Shown: positions 11,209 through 24,112 of the stretch, piece after piece
Layout: each line of letters starts with the position of its first letter
Numbering within the stretch: position 1 is the stretch's first letter
NCBI RefSeq assembly: GCF_041956535.1
Contig: NW_027192195.1
Location: 474,150-538,149, forward strand
Source: Calcarisporiella thermophila CBS 279.70
Taxonomy: Eukaryota; Fungi; Calcarisporiellomycota
DNA: 64,000 bases
Reading direction: 5' to 3'
Notes under the pieces: model-generated
What the model was told of the DNA's origin: nothing
The model's database searches: none
What the model saw: only the letters and a program-made list of their open reading frames with translations
Translations under genes and position numbers: made by a program

Positions 11209-13156
11209 ATGGCCAGCATTAGAGCCAACACATCCATAATGAACTTTCAGCGCCCACCATCTTCTTCCGCCTCCCTTAACAGTCTGGAACAGTGCGTTGC
11301 TCGCCTAAATTCCACCACTGACATTGTAAGATATTTCAATGATATTCATTGGTGTGCATGCTAAATTTAATCTCTGTCATGATGTGATCTTCCCACATTC
11401 CTAGGCCCAGGCGTCAGTCCACCGTCTCGATGCGGAGATCCATGAATTACGATGCCTGAAAAATGTTATCCAATTCAAAAGGCACTGTGAGCTCGTGACA
11501 GAAAATGACATCAAAGACGCGCAGAATCTCCTCTCCGTCGAGCTTGAACCGCAGATCCAGCGCATTCTGGGCCAGGTTGAACAACACATTGGGTATTTGC
11601 AGTTTCGATTGGAGCGGCTTGAAGCCGAGGTGAATAATTTATTGTTTTAGCGCTCTATGAGACGGCAAGGTGGTTTCTACCTCTTATTTTATATCCACAG
11701 GCAGAGAAGAAGAGCAAAAGACTGAAGGAGCAGCAAGAGTCTCATGAGAGCGCAACCAAACCGATCATAGCTCAGAATAAGAAACTTAGAAGCCTACGGA
11801 TGAAGAAGAATCAGCTGAATCAATTCCTGAAGAATCGGTCGGATGACATCGAAGAAAAGGTTTCTTTTTTTTAACACAGATCACTTCCATGAGGATTGGA
11901 TGGGAGCTGACCTTCCCAATTGCCTTTTGACAGCAATTTCGGCTCCGTAATTTGCTGAACAGACAGCCCACCAAGACAGACATCAAGAAGACAACGGTAG
12001 GTACATCTTTTACTAGATTGCAGTTTTCTCGTTTAATTACCTATGCGCGGTTAATAAAATATAGCCAAAGAAGCGGCCAAACTCAGCCCAATCAGCCGCG
12101 TCGCAACGTCGACGAGAGGATCTAAAACGAGAGCTGGAGCATGTTCAGAAACAACTTGAAGAACAACAACATGAACTAGAACAGATGGATTCGTCAACGG
12201 CGTCGCACCAGCCCAAACCGGAAATCGAGGCTCCAGTACCGGATTCAGACGGCGTGGATGGTAAATGAACAATTCTACCTTGCACGTGGTGCTTTTGAGC
12301 AGATTGATCTCAAGATATCGATTACCCATAGCCAAACTCCGTCGCTATTCTGATCAGCTTCGCTATTTTGACGATATCATCGGAACCGAATTTGCAGATG
12401 GTGAGTGGGACTCGCATTTGGACCCTCCATTCAGAACCCTCCCTAACTAGCCCCTATCCCTCCCTATCATTCCTTCCCACACCAAGACACGATCATTGTA
12501 CGGGAGCTTGCGGAAGTGTGCACCCGCTTCTGCACAGAGCTCCGCAAAAGTCAGTCGCAGGTAGGTTTAGCACTAGCTCAATCCCATTGCGTTGCTTTTT
12601 CACCAGAGCCAAATCCTAACGTGCCGTATTTATTTGGGAAACAATTAATGTTGCAGGTCACTACCTCTGTCATCCCTAAGCTCCAGTCTTCCAGAGAGCA
12701 TGCTGTGCAGCAGATGAGCACACTTTGCAAACTGCTCTATCCCGATGGAAATGCAGGTTCCACCATGAGTCAAATCATACAGCGTATGCTAGACTCGAGT
12801 GAGAAATGGATATACACGAAGCAGCTCTCCGAGGTAGGCAAGCTGCTTTTCGGCATTTTTCATGTGTGATTTTTGGTCTCTCCTTTTACTGATTATCCTA
12901 CGGTCTGGTTTATTCCCATCCTTTACTCTTCCCCTCCCTCCCTTGTGCCCGCCATTAGGTTTTCCCGCCTGACGAGGAGAAGCGACATCATGCCGAGTCG
13001 GTAACCCAGTGGCTGCATCGCATCGGGGTGTTAGAAACGGCAATTGAGGTCGAACGCCGCCGATCGTTGCACATTCGCCAGAAGGCTGGCGAGGATAACC
13101 CAAAGGGCGAGCTGCTACTTCGTTTTAAGTTCCTCAACAGTTCCGAAAGCGAATGA
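11209..13156 (+). CDS. SPC19: DASH/Dam1 complex subunit Spc19-like N-terminus with a long coiled-coil and globular C-terminal extension (9 exons, about 425 aa)
   Basis: SLEQCVARL...LKNVIQFKRHCELVTENDIKDAQNLLSVELEPQIQRILGQVEQHI resembles the Spc19 family from memory; spliced frame stays open to TGA at 13154-13156. Confidence 0.68.
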
Positions 13157-14372
13157 TACCTTGGGAGGAGTGTGGGGCTGAGAATGAGTTCGCCGGGGTG
13201 TTTATTTTTTCTTTCCTCTCCATTTCTGTAAACTTTTTGTTGTGTATGTGAATTCATATAGATATATATACATAAACTGCTAATTCTCCGAAAGGCCAGT
13301 TTTTAATTGCTGCATTAACCTTAAATCTCCCGCGCGAAAGTCCCTACTTTCTCCCAGTAGCCGTCAAAACATCAGAGCTGTGGGGTCATGGGGTAACGCA
13401 ATGAGTAACCGAGTACGAAAAATTTATTAGCTCATTTCTCCTTGGTCGATTGGTGCTCTCGTAAGAGACACAAAATGAAGATACCTGAAAGTCACGGAGC
13501 TAATCTAAAATCATCCAAGGAGCGAGCTCCTTGCCTCGCCCAGCCGCTCACCCTCCCCCCTCCCCCTCCCTGCCCCCCTCCACATCCCGGCTGCAGGGTG
13601 GAGCGACATGCTCGGATGGCGCCCTCCCTTTTTTCGCCAGACGCCTGCCCGTCCCTGTCGCTGCCTCGCCTGCAGTTAGATGTGGGAAAGGGCCGCATCG
13701 GCAAAAGAAACTAGCACAACCAAGGTTGTAGGCTCCGCTGGCCTGAGCTTTTTGGGGTTGGTTTTTGGGCGGGCGGCTAACTCCGAAACTGACAAGATTG
13801 GGTATTTTTTTTTTTCGTCTCCTCTTGTCACTCTTTCCCCGCTATCTTTATCTTGGCCATCCCGCTCAACCTCTTGCCATCGTTTCATAAGAAAACGTGT
13901 TGCTGGGCCCTTGTCGGATCAACGACTTATATTCACCACAAAATTCACTTTAATAATCCTGTATTCATCCATGCGAAAACAAAAAAATCGCACTTAAGAA
14001 TAACCGCCTTGTTTTTCTCCTCAGAAATTTATTCAGTGAGCAGACACACCCCCCTTATCTTTCCCTCCCCCTCCCCTCCTTACCGCTCCCTTTTAGCCCC
14101 TTGAGCGACAAATGAACTGAGCGCTCCCCCCCCTTTATTACTAATTCAAAGGGTGCTCCATTATCTTGCGCTCTAGCCTTCATTCTCTATCTCTACCCCC
14201 TCCCCTCCCCCTCCATACTGAATGTGCCGGCGCTGAGAGGAGCACCGAGAACTCATTTTCTATTTCTCCCCTCAGAATATACTGTTGAAGCCGAGTTCCT
14301 CGGGGGTTCTTTTATTCTTCCACAGTTATCCTTGACGCTTTGCATATTTTCACCTCCCCTCCAGCTCACATA

Positions 14373-16363
14373 ATGCCCGTTCCAAAGTCCATGTCTCCTC
14401 TAGCTGCTGCCGGAGGGAGGCAGACTGTTTCTCCTCCCACCTCAGCTCATTATTCACAGCCACACTATCGGTCGACACACTCCCTCGAATACAATTATCC
14501 TCACACCGACCATCAGAGGCTACCGGTGAACACGGTTGGCCAGCCACGACCAGAGACCGACCCGCTCAACCACAACCACTATCAGCGCTGGCTGCAAGAT
14601 CCGAGCCAAGACTGGATTCCGGATGAGATGCTAGGCACGAACTTGGTGCAAGAATTCTACACTAGCACAAAGCGGCACAGCCTCACCAACGAGAGTTTTT
14701 CGCTATGGGGCGGAGAGTACGCATGCAATGGAGTACAGGTAATTAGATATCTTTCTTTCTCTACTCCTCTGCGATGAGACAGGAGCGCTTCATTGCAACA
14801 AACTCTATCTCCGTAGAACTCAATGGACCTTTGTTTACCGGCGGGATTAAGCATGGAAAGCCAGCTACCTCTCCATGCTGAGCCAAAAATCGACATTGAG
14901 CCGACACGCGCATGCCATGAACAACCACCTTCCTACCCGTCGAATGGACCACCGCCCCTCGATATGCAAATGACTGACTCGCTAGAGCGCACATGGCCGG
15001 ATTCAATGACGCTTGATGTATCACAGGAGAGTGCAAGGTTCAATGCGGAATGCGCAAGGGGTCCCGAGACATGGTCGGGTGCCAATCCAAAGCTAAAGCT
15101 GCAGATAACAACTGGAACAGCTCGCTCTACCCTCCATCCTGAGCGGATGCGTTGGGAGTCTCCCTCTCTAAGCGAGCGCCCCTCCTCTCCATCCCAACAT
15201 GTAGACTGTGCGGAAGCGTTCACCTCGATTAGCGCCCCCAACCTTTCCCCAATCGATCCCCCCACTCAGCCTATGTATATCCAAGAGCCCGCCCCATTTC
15301 TACCATCATCAGCCAGCGTTCCGATACCCATTACCCCTGGAATGCTCATGCAGATGGATGCGGAGGCCACCGAAATGGCCATGAAAATGTCAGCCCAAGA
15401 AATCGCGGCGTCGGTGCCTCCTCACCCGTACATATCCAGCGACGTCGCGAGTCAATCGAATCTGTTCCCCTCTCCCTCCCACTCTCCCCCCGAGCCATTT
15501 CCACCCACGCCCGCCAATATGGTATCCATAGCATACCCTGCATCATCCAATTCGAGCAGCGTCACCCCATTATATAGCACCCAATATGACCCCCCTCTGG
15601 CCACTACGATCCAGCACCCGGGAAACTTCTTTTCTCCTAAGACCCAGCTCACTCCCTTCAACGCTATATCGCCCTTATCTCGCGACATGCCTCCCCGAGT
15701 GCTTCCCAAGCCACTAATACTATCGCCCCAACCGTCTCCCATGCCTGACCCGATGTCGATGGCCAAGATGGGCGGGGCCTCAGGCTATCCAGGTATCTCA
15801 ATGAGGAATTCCAGAGGTAATACTCTCCGCAGTGAGCTACTCGATTCGTTGGTGTGGAAGCTGAAATGTATCTCTTTTGTTTTTTTTTTAAAAAAAAATA
15901 ACACAGATAGTGGATACGGTGCCCTCTTCCATGGCCAAAGCTTGCCCAACACCATGAGTAGAGAAATGAGCAAGAGTGGTGGGTCCACCTCCAATATGGA
16001 AAGTCGCCGATCCAACCACAAGGTGAACGAGCAACGTCGCCGCAATATCCTCCGGCAGAACTTTGAGAGCCTCCGTGAGGCCATTCCCGAATCGTATATA
16101 CCACGGGAGAATGGAGCCGTGGTGAGCAAGATCACCCTGGTTCGTAAAGGTACGTGGCTTGGTTCTAGGCCCTCGTTCATTTCACAGCCCAACCTCTCTC
16201 ACCGAATATGTGTAATATCATAGCTAAAGAGTACATCCTGCAGCTTCAAAAGGATACCTCAGAGCAAACCCAACAGATCAAAGAGCTCGAGATGAAGATG
16301 GAGGAGATGCGGCGGTTTGTATTGCTTCAAGAGGGAGGCGATTCAACTGAGGTCAACCCATAA
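14373..16363 (+). CDS. bHLH-leucine zipper transcription factor with a long Pro/Ser-rich N-terminus
   Basis: RRSNHKVNEQRRRNILRQNFESLREAIP...SKITLVRKAKEYILQLQ followed by a heptad zipper; introns about 14739-14816, 15816-15906 and 16150-16223. Confidence 0.88.
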
Positions 16364-17390
16364 TGGAGTGGACATTTTTTGTGGATGATAATACTGTTGT
16401 AGTACTTCATAATTGTTTTGTCTAGCCTTTATTTTCTATTATGTTCTTGTCCACTTTTTTTTATATTCTTCTTGTCAACTTTACTCCTGTCTATAACACG
16501 CTGATATCTAATAATATAATACGCACTGCACTCATATGCCATTACCGCAACGCAGACCGTTGTTTGGAAACCAAACAAAAAAAGTGAAGCCAGCAACGGA
16601 CGGTACCAAGCGGGTGAAATAAAATGTAGCACCTCACTATTTTCCAACTCCCTGCCACCTATGCATTTTGGTCTCTATTGGAAAAGAGGTCTCTTCTTTA
16701 GGGACCATCCGAAGCAGCCACTCTCCATTTTTTTACCAATACAATAGGTCGGCACCCCTTTTCTCCTAGACAATAGAGGCTTAGCGCGACCAGGACGGAG
16801 AGTGCGTCTTATTTTACAGAGGAGCGCGTTGCATATCAAGGTGGAACTTATGTTATTGGTGGGCGTGAAAAAGACAGTCTTCCCAACGGTAAAACCATCT
16901 ACGATAGATATGAATACAAACGCCCAAACCTGGCTATATCATCACCATGGGAGGCATCAGCCACAAGATATCAGATATTCTGAAATTTAATTTCAACAAC
17001 TCGACATAGATACTTCACACTGGTGATTTCTTTTTCCTCCCTCTCTTTTTCCGTACAGCATATTGCCCTCTGGAAATAACCTATTCTACGTAAGTATCCT
17101 AGATCCATCCATCCATCCATCCTCTTGAGCATGGGGTCAAGGGGAGTACCTACGGATGGAGTGTGTCTACGAGACGGAGCAGCTTTAGTAGAAACATTGG
17201 GCCAAGGAAGAATGGATCCCATGGAGTACTGTGCAATAGATTTGGCACACGCATCTTCATTCTTGCGAATGATGCGTGTTGTGATGCGAGAGACAATAGG
17301 CCGGAGCCCATGTTTCGATCCACTGCTGCCCCGATCTTTGTATCCAATTAGGCCGCGATCATACTAACCACCCTCTATCTCATTTATAGA

Positions 17391-17854
17391 ATGGCCAAGG
17401 ACAAGAAACCCTCCCAGAAGCGCTCGACCATTGCTGATGTCGTGACCCGCGAGTACACCATCCACTTGCACAAGCACCTTCACGGCAAGAGCTTCAAGAA
17501 GCGTGCCCCCGCCGCCGTCAAGGCCATCAAGACCTTCGCCTCTAAGGCCATGGGCACCGCCGATGTCCGTCTCGACCCCTCTCTGAACAAGGAGATCTGG
17601 TCCAAGGGCGTTCGCAATGTGCAGCACCGTATGCGCATCCGCGTCTCTCGCAAGCGTAATGATGAGGAGGATGCCAAGGAGAAGTTGTACTCTTATGTGT
17701 CCTATGTGCCGGTTACCTCATTCAAGGGTAAGTTATCGTAGTGCAGTTTGACTTGCAAATGAAGGAGTCTCATCCCTCCTCCCACCCCCTTATTGACGAT
17801 GTTTCCCTCCCTCCTCTCTTGCTAGGTCTCCAAACCGAGGTTGTTGAAGACTAG
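17391..17854 (+). CDS. RPL31: 60S ribosomal protein eL31
   Basis: [32 protein letters not shown]; intron 17728-17825; probable 5'UTR intron about 17089-17389. Confidence 0.97.
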
Positions 17855-18030
17855 ATGTGAAGTTTGTTGCCTACCCTCTACTCTTCAAAAAATAAACCCG
17901 TCTTATTCTTCCAATGATGGCTTTGTGATGGCTGCCTCCTCCTTGTGATGCAAAACATCTTTATTCGGCGAGAGCTTGCCTCCCCTTAGGAATATACAAA
18001 ATGATACAGTGCTAAAATATACCTATGTGG

Positions 18031-18031
<1 letters not shown>

Positions 18032-18058
<27 letters not shown>
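18032..18058. repeat. (AT)n microsatellite
   Basis: Directly visible between the convergent RPL31 and SLD2-like genes. Confidence 0.9.
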
Positions 18059-18066
<8 letters not shown>

Positions 18067-18093
18067 ATCTATTGAAATATAGAATACACCGGT

Positions 18094-19774
18094 CTAGAGT
18101 CGCCCCTTTCGCCGCCATCCTCTCCATGTCTTCTGCTTGTACTTGAGCGGCCTGAAGTTGTCGCGTATGGCTGCAGGCTGGAGCTGCTTCTGCCTCCCTT
18201 GCTTACTCCTTTCATCCTGGCCCTCCGCCTCTTTCTTTTGTTCCCCATGTTCCGCGTCTCCCATCTTCACGTCCTCCCCACTCGGGCTAGGCTCCGTTAA
18301 TTTGGGCGCGGGTTTCTCGGGGGCTATGTAAGGCACTAGGAGGAAGAGGAGGAGAAAATGTGAACAAGCCGGACGGTTAACCCCCTTCGCATCTCTATAC
18401 TTACAAATGCGAATACGAGCGGTGCGCTTCTGGGTTGGCTTCTTTTTACGAATCATGGCCGGCTCCTCCTCCTTCAATATGAACTCGATGAGAGATGAAA
18501 ATATCCTCAAAAGCCAAAAATAAAAAGGGCTACACTACCTCTTCATTCATCTCCTCCTCCTGCCACAGCCTCTCCAGCTCTTTCTCCACCTCCATTCGCT
18601 CCTGTTCGGTCAATTCCTCGTCGGCAAACCGCAGTCGCTTCTTGAAGTTGGTGACCGGGAACGACCCAACTCGCTTTGCGGTTGGGGACCGCATCAGGGC
18701 GTGGAAATTGGCCGGCACTACAAAATCATCCTCTTCGTTTTCCCCTCGGCCCTCCGTCTTTGCCACCCAGGCCCCTGGGGGATCATACCTGTCAACGGAG
18801 AAAATGCAACGTATAGAATCAGCCTCTACTACCAAACTGTGCAGATCCAGGACGAACCCTGTTTCGTCGGTAATGGTGAACCCGATATTCAAAAACTCGG
18901 TTTCCTCCACCCCAATCGCCATTGTGGATGCCGTGCGTTTAAGCATCGAATTGGTGGAGGTCGTGGGTTGGGGAGACTGTGACTCTGCAATCCGAGTGGT
19001 AGAGGGGGATGTGCTGGCTGAATTCGAAGCCGCGGACTTCTTCGCGACAGAAAAAGGAGAGGCAAATGGATCTCCACTCGACTCTGCATCCACCTGCCCC
19101 AAGTTTCGGTGCTGCCTAAAGGGCACCTTTTCGCTGGATGCGCTGATCAGCTTCTCAAATGAAAACGGCACCGGTGGCGGCCAATGCGGCTGTTTGGTTG
19201 GGCTTCCCACCCCGGCAAAGATTCCCCTTGCCCCTTTGCGCGGTGTGCTTTCCACCACCTCTTCTTCGCCCAGCCCACGCGACTTCACCGGGGACAGGAG
19301 CATTCGCTCGGCATTGAGAGCGGCCGGGGTTTGACGTTTTACGGGGCTCCGCGTCAGCATTGGATGCTTGTGAGGGGAAATGTATTCAATCACCTTGCGT
19401 GCGGTGGATTTCGAGGGTGTGGTCTGCAGAGGAGCGAGGTTGGGAAGATTAGATGCGGAGGGGGTCTTGCGTTCGGGGGTCGAGGGGTATCCATCCGAGA
19501 TTTCCTGAAGCTTTTTTTTTAGTCGGCTATACTTTTTATATTTGGTGGCTAAAGGAAAAAAATCACAAGTCCATTAGATCCGATGGCCCGCCGACATTCC
19601 CGACCTAATCTGTATTTTATTTTTTTCGTTACCCATTTCCGGCCGCGCGCTGATGTCGTCCTTGTTGGCATCTCTGCCAAAATGCTGGCGGAAAGATTTC
19701 TCCCACGCCTTGAGCTCCCGACGTAGCGAGATGAGATCATCGGCGATCTTCTTCCTGTCGCTGCTTGACCCCAT
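18094..19774 (-). CDS. SLD2: DNA replication regulator Sld2/Drc1-like
   Basis: N-terminal LRRELKAWEKSFRQHFGRDANKDDISARPEMATKYKKY (Sld2/RECQL4-N type), many S/T-P CDK sites, C-terminal KKKPTQKRTARIRI and DNFRPLK motifs. Confidence 0.8.
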
Positions 19775-21663
19775 TGCTTGGCTATGAGAATGTGAAAATG
19801 AAAACGCGAGCGCGAAAAAGTAATAAATAACGTCGCGACCACCGACCATCGTGGTGGGCTAAGCCACGGTGGAGAGGCCAGTGGCCAATCCGCCTCAGAC
19901 TGAGGTTGACTATTTGCCGAATTGGCCCTCGCCTAATTGACCGACAAGCCCCCGCCTCTCCTCCCCCCTCTCTGCCCTGCTCGCGGTGCGATGGCTTCGC
20001 TCTCTCCAAGCGCGGGCCAGCAGGCGTCTGAGCAAATTGCCAACCCGGATGGGCCTTTTGTTTACACCGTGTGGCCAGTTCCTACTTGTGCCCGTGGGAC
20101 ATATTCCATTCTTGGGCAATATCATGAGGCAAAGTGGGGTCGCATTCGAGAGCACAAAGGTCCCGTTGTATACCAACACAATGGGACAAATAGAATCGCC
20201 CCCCGACCCCTTCTCCTCGGCAAGCCCCTGCGCTTAAGCACTCCATCCCACATCGGCACCACCTGCTTTGCACTGAAATGCTCGACGAGTCTTGCATTAA
20301 TTTCCCATTCCGTTTCAAAGCCTGGATGCCCGTTTTAGCACATTCTAGATTTCCCCCGATAAACCTCGCCCAGTGCCAGCCGCATGATGTAATATGGGCT
20401 CGCGTGGAAGGCCGGCCTCAAGGCACCGGGCGAGTGGTGTACCCAGCCACACTCCCCTCCCCTCCCCATGCCGTCCCCCTCCGCCCTATCACGTGCTGGA
20501 CTGATAATCTCGTCGGCGGTCCGCGCTTGTTCCCGGTCCCTCCTAGGCTGCGACGCTCGGCGGCTTTGCCGTCCTCGAGGAGAGATGCGGAAAAGCGCTG
20601 GGATCACCGATTCTAGGCCGAGCATTTCAGGCTCCACTCTCCGTTTTGCTAAACAAGGCCGCCCCTCCCCCACTGGCCTGCCCCCAGCCGGGACATATAT
20701 GGCTAGCTCATGCACCGTTGCGTTGCTCAGTATCCCCCCCTCCCCCGCTTACTCAAAACGGCCAAACGGATTTCTCTGCACACCCGCATGCCTAATCCCC
20801 GGATGGCTTGGATGATTCCCCTCTAATCCCCTCCCCCCTGTCTTTTGCCTTTTCTCAGGCAATTTTGCTTGTGGGATCCGAGTGCTGGCGCCTAGATTCC
20901 CTCCCCAAACTTAAATTAATCGATATTCTCCGAACAGCTCTTCGTCTTATCGGGCTTTCCAAGCTTCTCATGGATAAGCGCTTGGAATCGAAAGAGTCCC
21001 GAGAATCCCCCAGAGTCCCTTGCTCGAGTGACGACGGTTTCGCATCCCACGGACAAGGGGGGAGGGGCCTCGCGCCTGGACCAGTCCGGGCCTTGGATTT
21101 TTTTTTTTTTGCACTGTTTCAGCAGAGTCATGGGACTGTGGCTTTGACAGGGTGCAAAGGGGGGGGTCAAACATAAACAACCGATCCTTCTCCTTATTCA
21201 CGCTAGGTTCAGATCGGGTTTTTCGTCGCACCGCCTTATTGGCACCCGCCGCCGCCGCCGCCGCCGCTCCCTCCCAGGCCTCGCCACGACACGGCCGGCC
21301 GCAAAGCTTCGCGGAAGGCTTCTGCCGGTGCCGGCCTCGCGCGCGCCGAGTCAAACGCACAGCTTGCACAAGGCGGTGCTTGCGCCGGCGAATAGGGCTC
21401 GCGAATCCGGTACAAGGGAGAGAAGCCGAAAAGCACCCGATGTGGAAATGAACTTGAATTGGAGGGCCGACTCACTTTTTCCTCGGATATTTTTTTTTGG
21501 TTGTATTTTTAAAACTCTCGGCTTGCCCTCTGTTCTTGCTGGATACTTTTTTCCTTTTGGACCCCTCCTGACCCTCTCCCGCCTGCGCTCCCCCCCCCTC
21601 GGAACCTGTGTTTTTCAGCTGCCCAGCTCTCCCCATCCGCCGAATCATCCCCCTTCCGAAGCC

Positions 21664-23311
21664 ATGACCGCCGACCGCCAAAAGAAAGCCCGCCATAATC
21701 CAGCCCCCTATGATCCGCCCGCGGGGTCATCCCCCCACTCTGATCACGCCTCGCAGCCATTGAGCGCCAGCACCCCCGCCAACCGCCGACTGTCCAGCGG
21801 AAGCGCCTGCGAAACGTAAGCCGACCCGTCTCCCTTGACTAATCATCCTGGCCCCCCCCCCCTGATCACCGTTTTGTCCCCCCCCTATAGATGCCGGCGC
21901 CGCAAGACAAAATGCGACGGGAACCAGCCATGCTCCTTCTGCGCCGCCAACAACATCGAGTGCATCAACCGGGCGGAGAAAAAGAGGGCCGCGCCCGCAC
22001 ACGCCGATGTCGAGTCGCTGGAGAAGCGGGTGAAGCAGCTGGAGGGCCTCGTGGCCATGCTCCTGCAGCCCGTCGTCGTCAACGCCCTCCGGGAGTGCCA
22101 GCCGCCCTCCATCTCGGAGCCCCTCCTCGCGACCGCGGTCAATCTGGTGAAAAGCGAATACCCCGCCGCCACCCTCCCCGCCTCCACCACCCCCCCCTCG
22201 CTGANNNNNNNNNNNNNNNNNNNNNNNNNNNNNNNNNNNNNNNNNNNNNNNNNNNNNNNNNNNNNNNNNNNNNNNNNNNNNNNNNNNNNNNNNNNNNNNN
22301 NNNNNNNNNNNNNNNNNNNNNNNNNNNNNNNNNNNNNNNNNNNNNNNNNNNNNNNNNNNNNNNNNNNNNNNNNNNNNNNNNNNNNNNNNNNNNNNNNNNN
22401 NNNNNNNNNNNNNNNNNNNNNNNNNNNNNNNNNNNNNNNNNNNNNNNNNNNNNNNNNNNNNNNNNNNNNNNNNNNNNNNNNNNNNNNNNNNNNNNNNNNN
22501 NNNNNNNNNNNNNNNNNNNNNNNNNNNNNNNNNNNNNNNNNNNNNNNNNNNNNNNNNNNNNNNNNNNNNNNNNNNNNNNNNNNNNNNNNNNNNNNNNNNN
22601 NNNNNNNNNNNNNNNNNNNNNNNNNNNNNNNNNNNNNNNNNNNNNNNNNNNNNNNNNNNNNNNNNNNNNNNNNNNNNNNNNNNNNNNNNNNNNNNNNNNN
22701 NNNNNNNNNNNNNNNNNNNNNNNNNNNNNNNNNNNNNNNNNNNNNNNNNNNNNNNNNNNNNNNNNNNNNNNNNNNNNNNNNNNNNNNNNNNNNNNNNNNN
22801 NNNNNNNNNNNNNNNNNNNNNNNNNNNNNNNNNNNNNNNNNNNNNNNNNNNNNNNNNNNNNNNNNNNNNNNNNNNNNNNNNNNNNNNNNNNNNNNNNNNN
22901 NNNNNNNNNNNNNNNNGCGGGGGCGTGCCCGCCGCCGCCAGCACGGGGCCCCCCTCCCTCTCGCAGATCGCCTATCCCTCGCCGCCCCAGTATCATTCCA
23001 CCGGCAATGCGGGCGCCGTCAGCAAGCCCGAGCGCAGCCTCCCTCCCCCCGCTACCATGCATTCCTCTGCCGCTCACCCGCCGCCACCGCCACCTCCCCT
23101 CTTGAGTCGCCAGAGCGCCCCCGCCCTAGACCCCCCCAATCCAAAACTGGCGGTGCCCGACGCCCCCATCCGGCTCCCCCCCCTCTGCGGGATCCTCAAC
23201 GAGACTGACCAGCTGTCGCGGATAGGCCCCCTCTGCGGGTATCGCGGCCATTCCGTGGTGACGACGGCAAAAGAGGAGCCGCCCTCTTTATTCGCCAAGG
23301 TGATGGAGTAG
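21664..23311 (+). CDS. Zn(II)2Cys6 transcription factor, interrupted by an assembly gap
   Basis: ACET|CRRRKTKCDGNQPCSFCAANNIEC across intron about 21816-21890, coiled coil VESLEKRVKQLEGLV, C-terminal IRLPPL. The end after the gap is inferred. Confidence 0.85.
22205..22916. other. Assembly gap (N run)
   Basis: Ns flanked by very GC/C-rich sequence. Confidence 1.
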
Positions 23312-23662
23312 TAGGGGTTGCTGGCACGGACCTTTTTTTTTTGTGTCTTGTTATTTTATGTTATTTTCGCCTCAGTGTATTTTTCTATGCTCCTTTTCTC
23401 CCTCTCTCTCTTTTTCTTCTCTTTATCTCTCACACACACACCCCTTTTCTCTTGCTCATATTACTATGTACAGTCTCCCCCTCTGTTATTTTTTTAGAGA
23501 ATAGCAACCAAACAAAGCCCTTTTTCTTGGAACATCGCCAGCAAGCAGTAAGCATGGGTGCATCAAGTAGTTTATTGAAAAGTGGAGGATAGGTCTCGTG
23601 AATACAATTTATAAGAATTAAATGATGAACGCGAAACAGAAAACAAAAACCTAGTCATGCAT

Positions 23663-24112
23663 CTAGTTGGCCTCTTCTTCATCGGCGGCGGACTCGGTCG
23701 GGGTGGGCTCAGCGTCCTCCTCGTCGGCCTTGGAGGGGGTCTCCTCGGCATCCTCGGCGGACTCGGTGGGGGTGGGGAACCCGGAGGAGCTCAGGGCGGA
23801 GGAGGAGGAGGAGGAGGCGAAGGAGGACTCGGTGGGGACGGCGGTCAGGATCGACGTGGGGGTCTCCTCGGCCGCGTCCTCAGTCGCGGAGGGCTCGTCG
23901 GCGGATTCCACGGGGCTGGAGCTGGGCTCCTCCTCCTCGCTCTTGCCCTCTTCCTTGGTGTAGAACTTGTCAATGCAGGACTGGTAGCAGTTCTCTGCGT
24001 CCTCAGCGCCGCAGTTGGCGATGCAGTCGTGGGTCTTGATGGCGTCGTCGTAGGTCTGGGCGGCGGCGACGGCGACGAGGGCGGCAAGGATGGCAACAAC
24101 GGAGAACTTCAT
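23663..24112 (-). CDS. Small secreted acidic Ser/Glu/Ala-rich protein with two CxxxC motifs
   Basis: Signal peptide MKFSVVAILAALVAVAAA; DCIANC...NCYQSC; repeated PTPTESA; strong GC3 bias; TATA-like TATATATAG upstream (about 24221-24230). Confidence 0.85.
   Translation of the reverse strand: MKFSVVAILAALVAVAAAQTYDDAIKTHDCIANCGAEDAENCYQSCIDKFYTKEEGKSEEEEPSSSPVESADEPSATEDAAEETPTSILTAVPTESSFASSSSSSALSSSGFPTPTESAEDAEETPSKADEEDAEPTPTESAADEEEAN

Noticed and set aside
18495-19334. 279-aa plus-strand ORF
   Set aside because: Antisense shadow of the Sld2-like exon.
19850-21660. Many overlapping 80-160 aa ORFs between SLD2 and the Zn2Cys6 gene
   Set aside because: GC-rich divergent promoter/5'UTR with homopolymer runs and (GCC)n; no motifs or codon bias.
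21727-23208. Long ORFs spanning the X run
   Set aside because: Artefacts of the N gap; only the Zn2Cys6 gene is supported.
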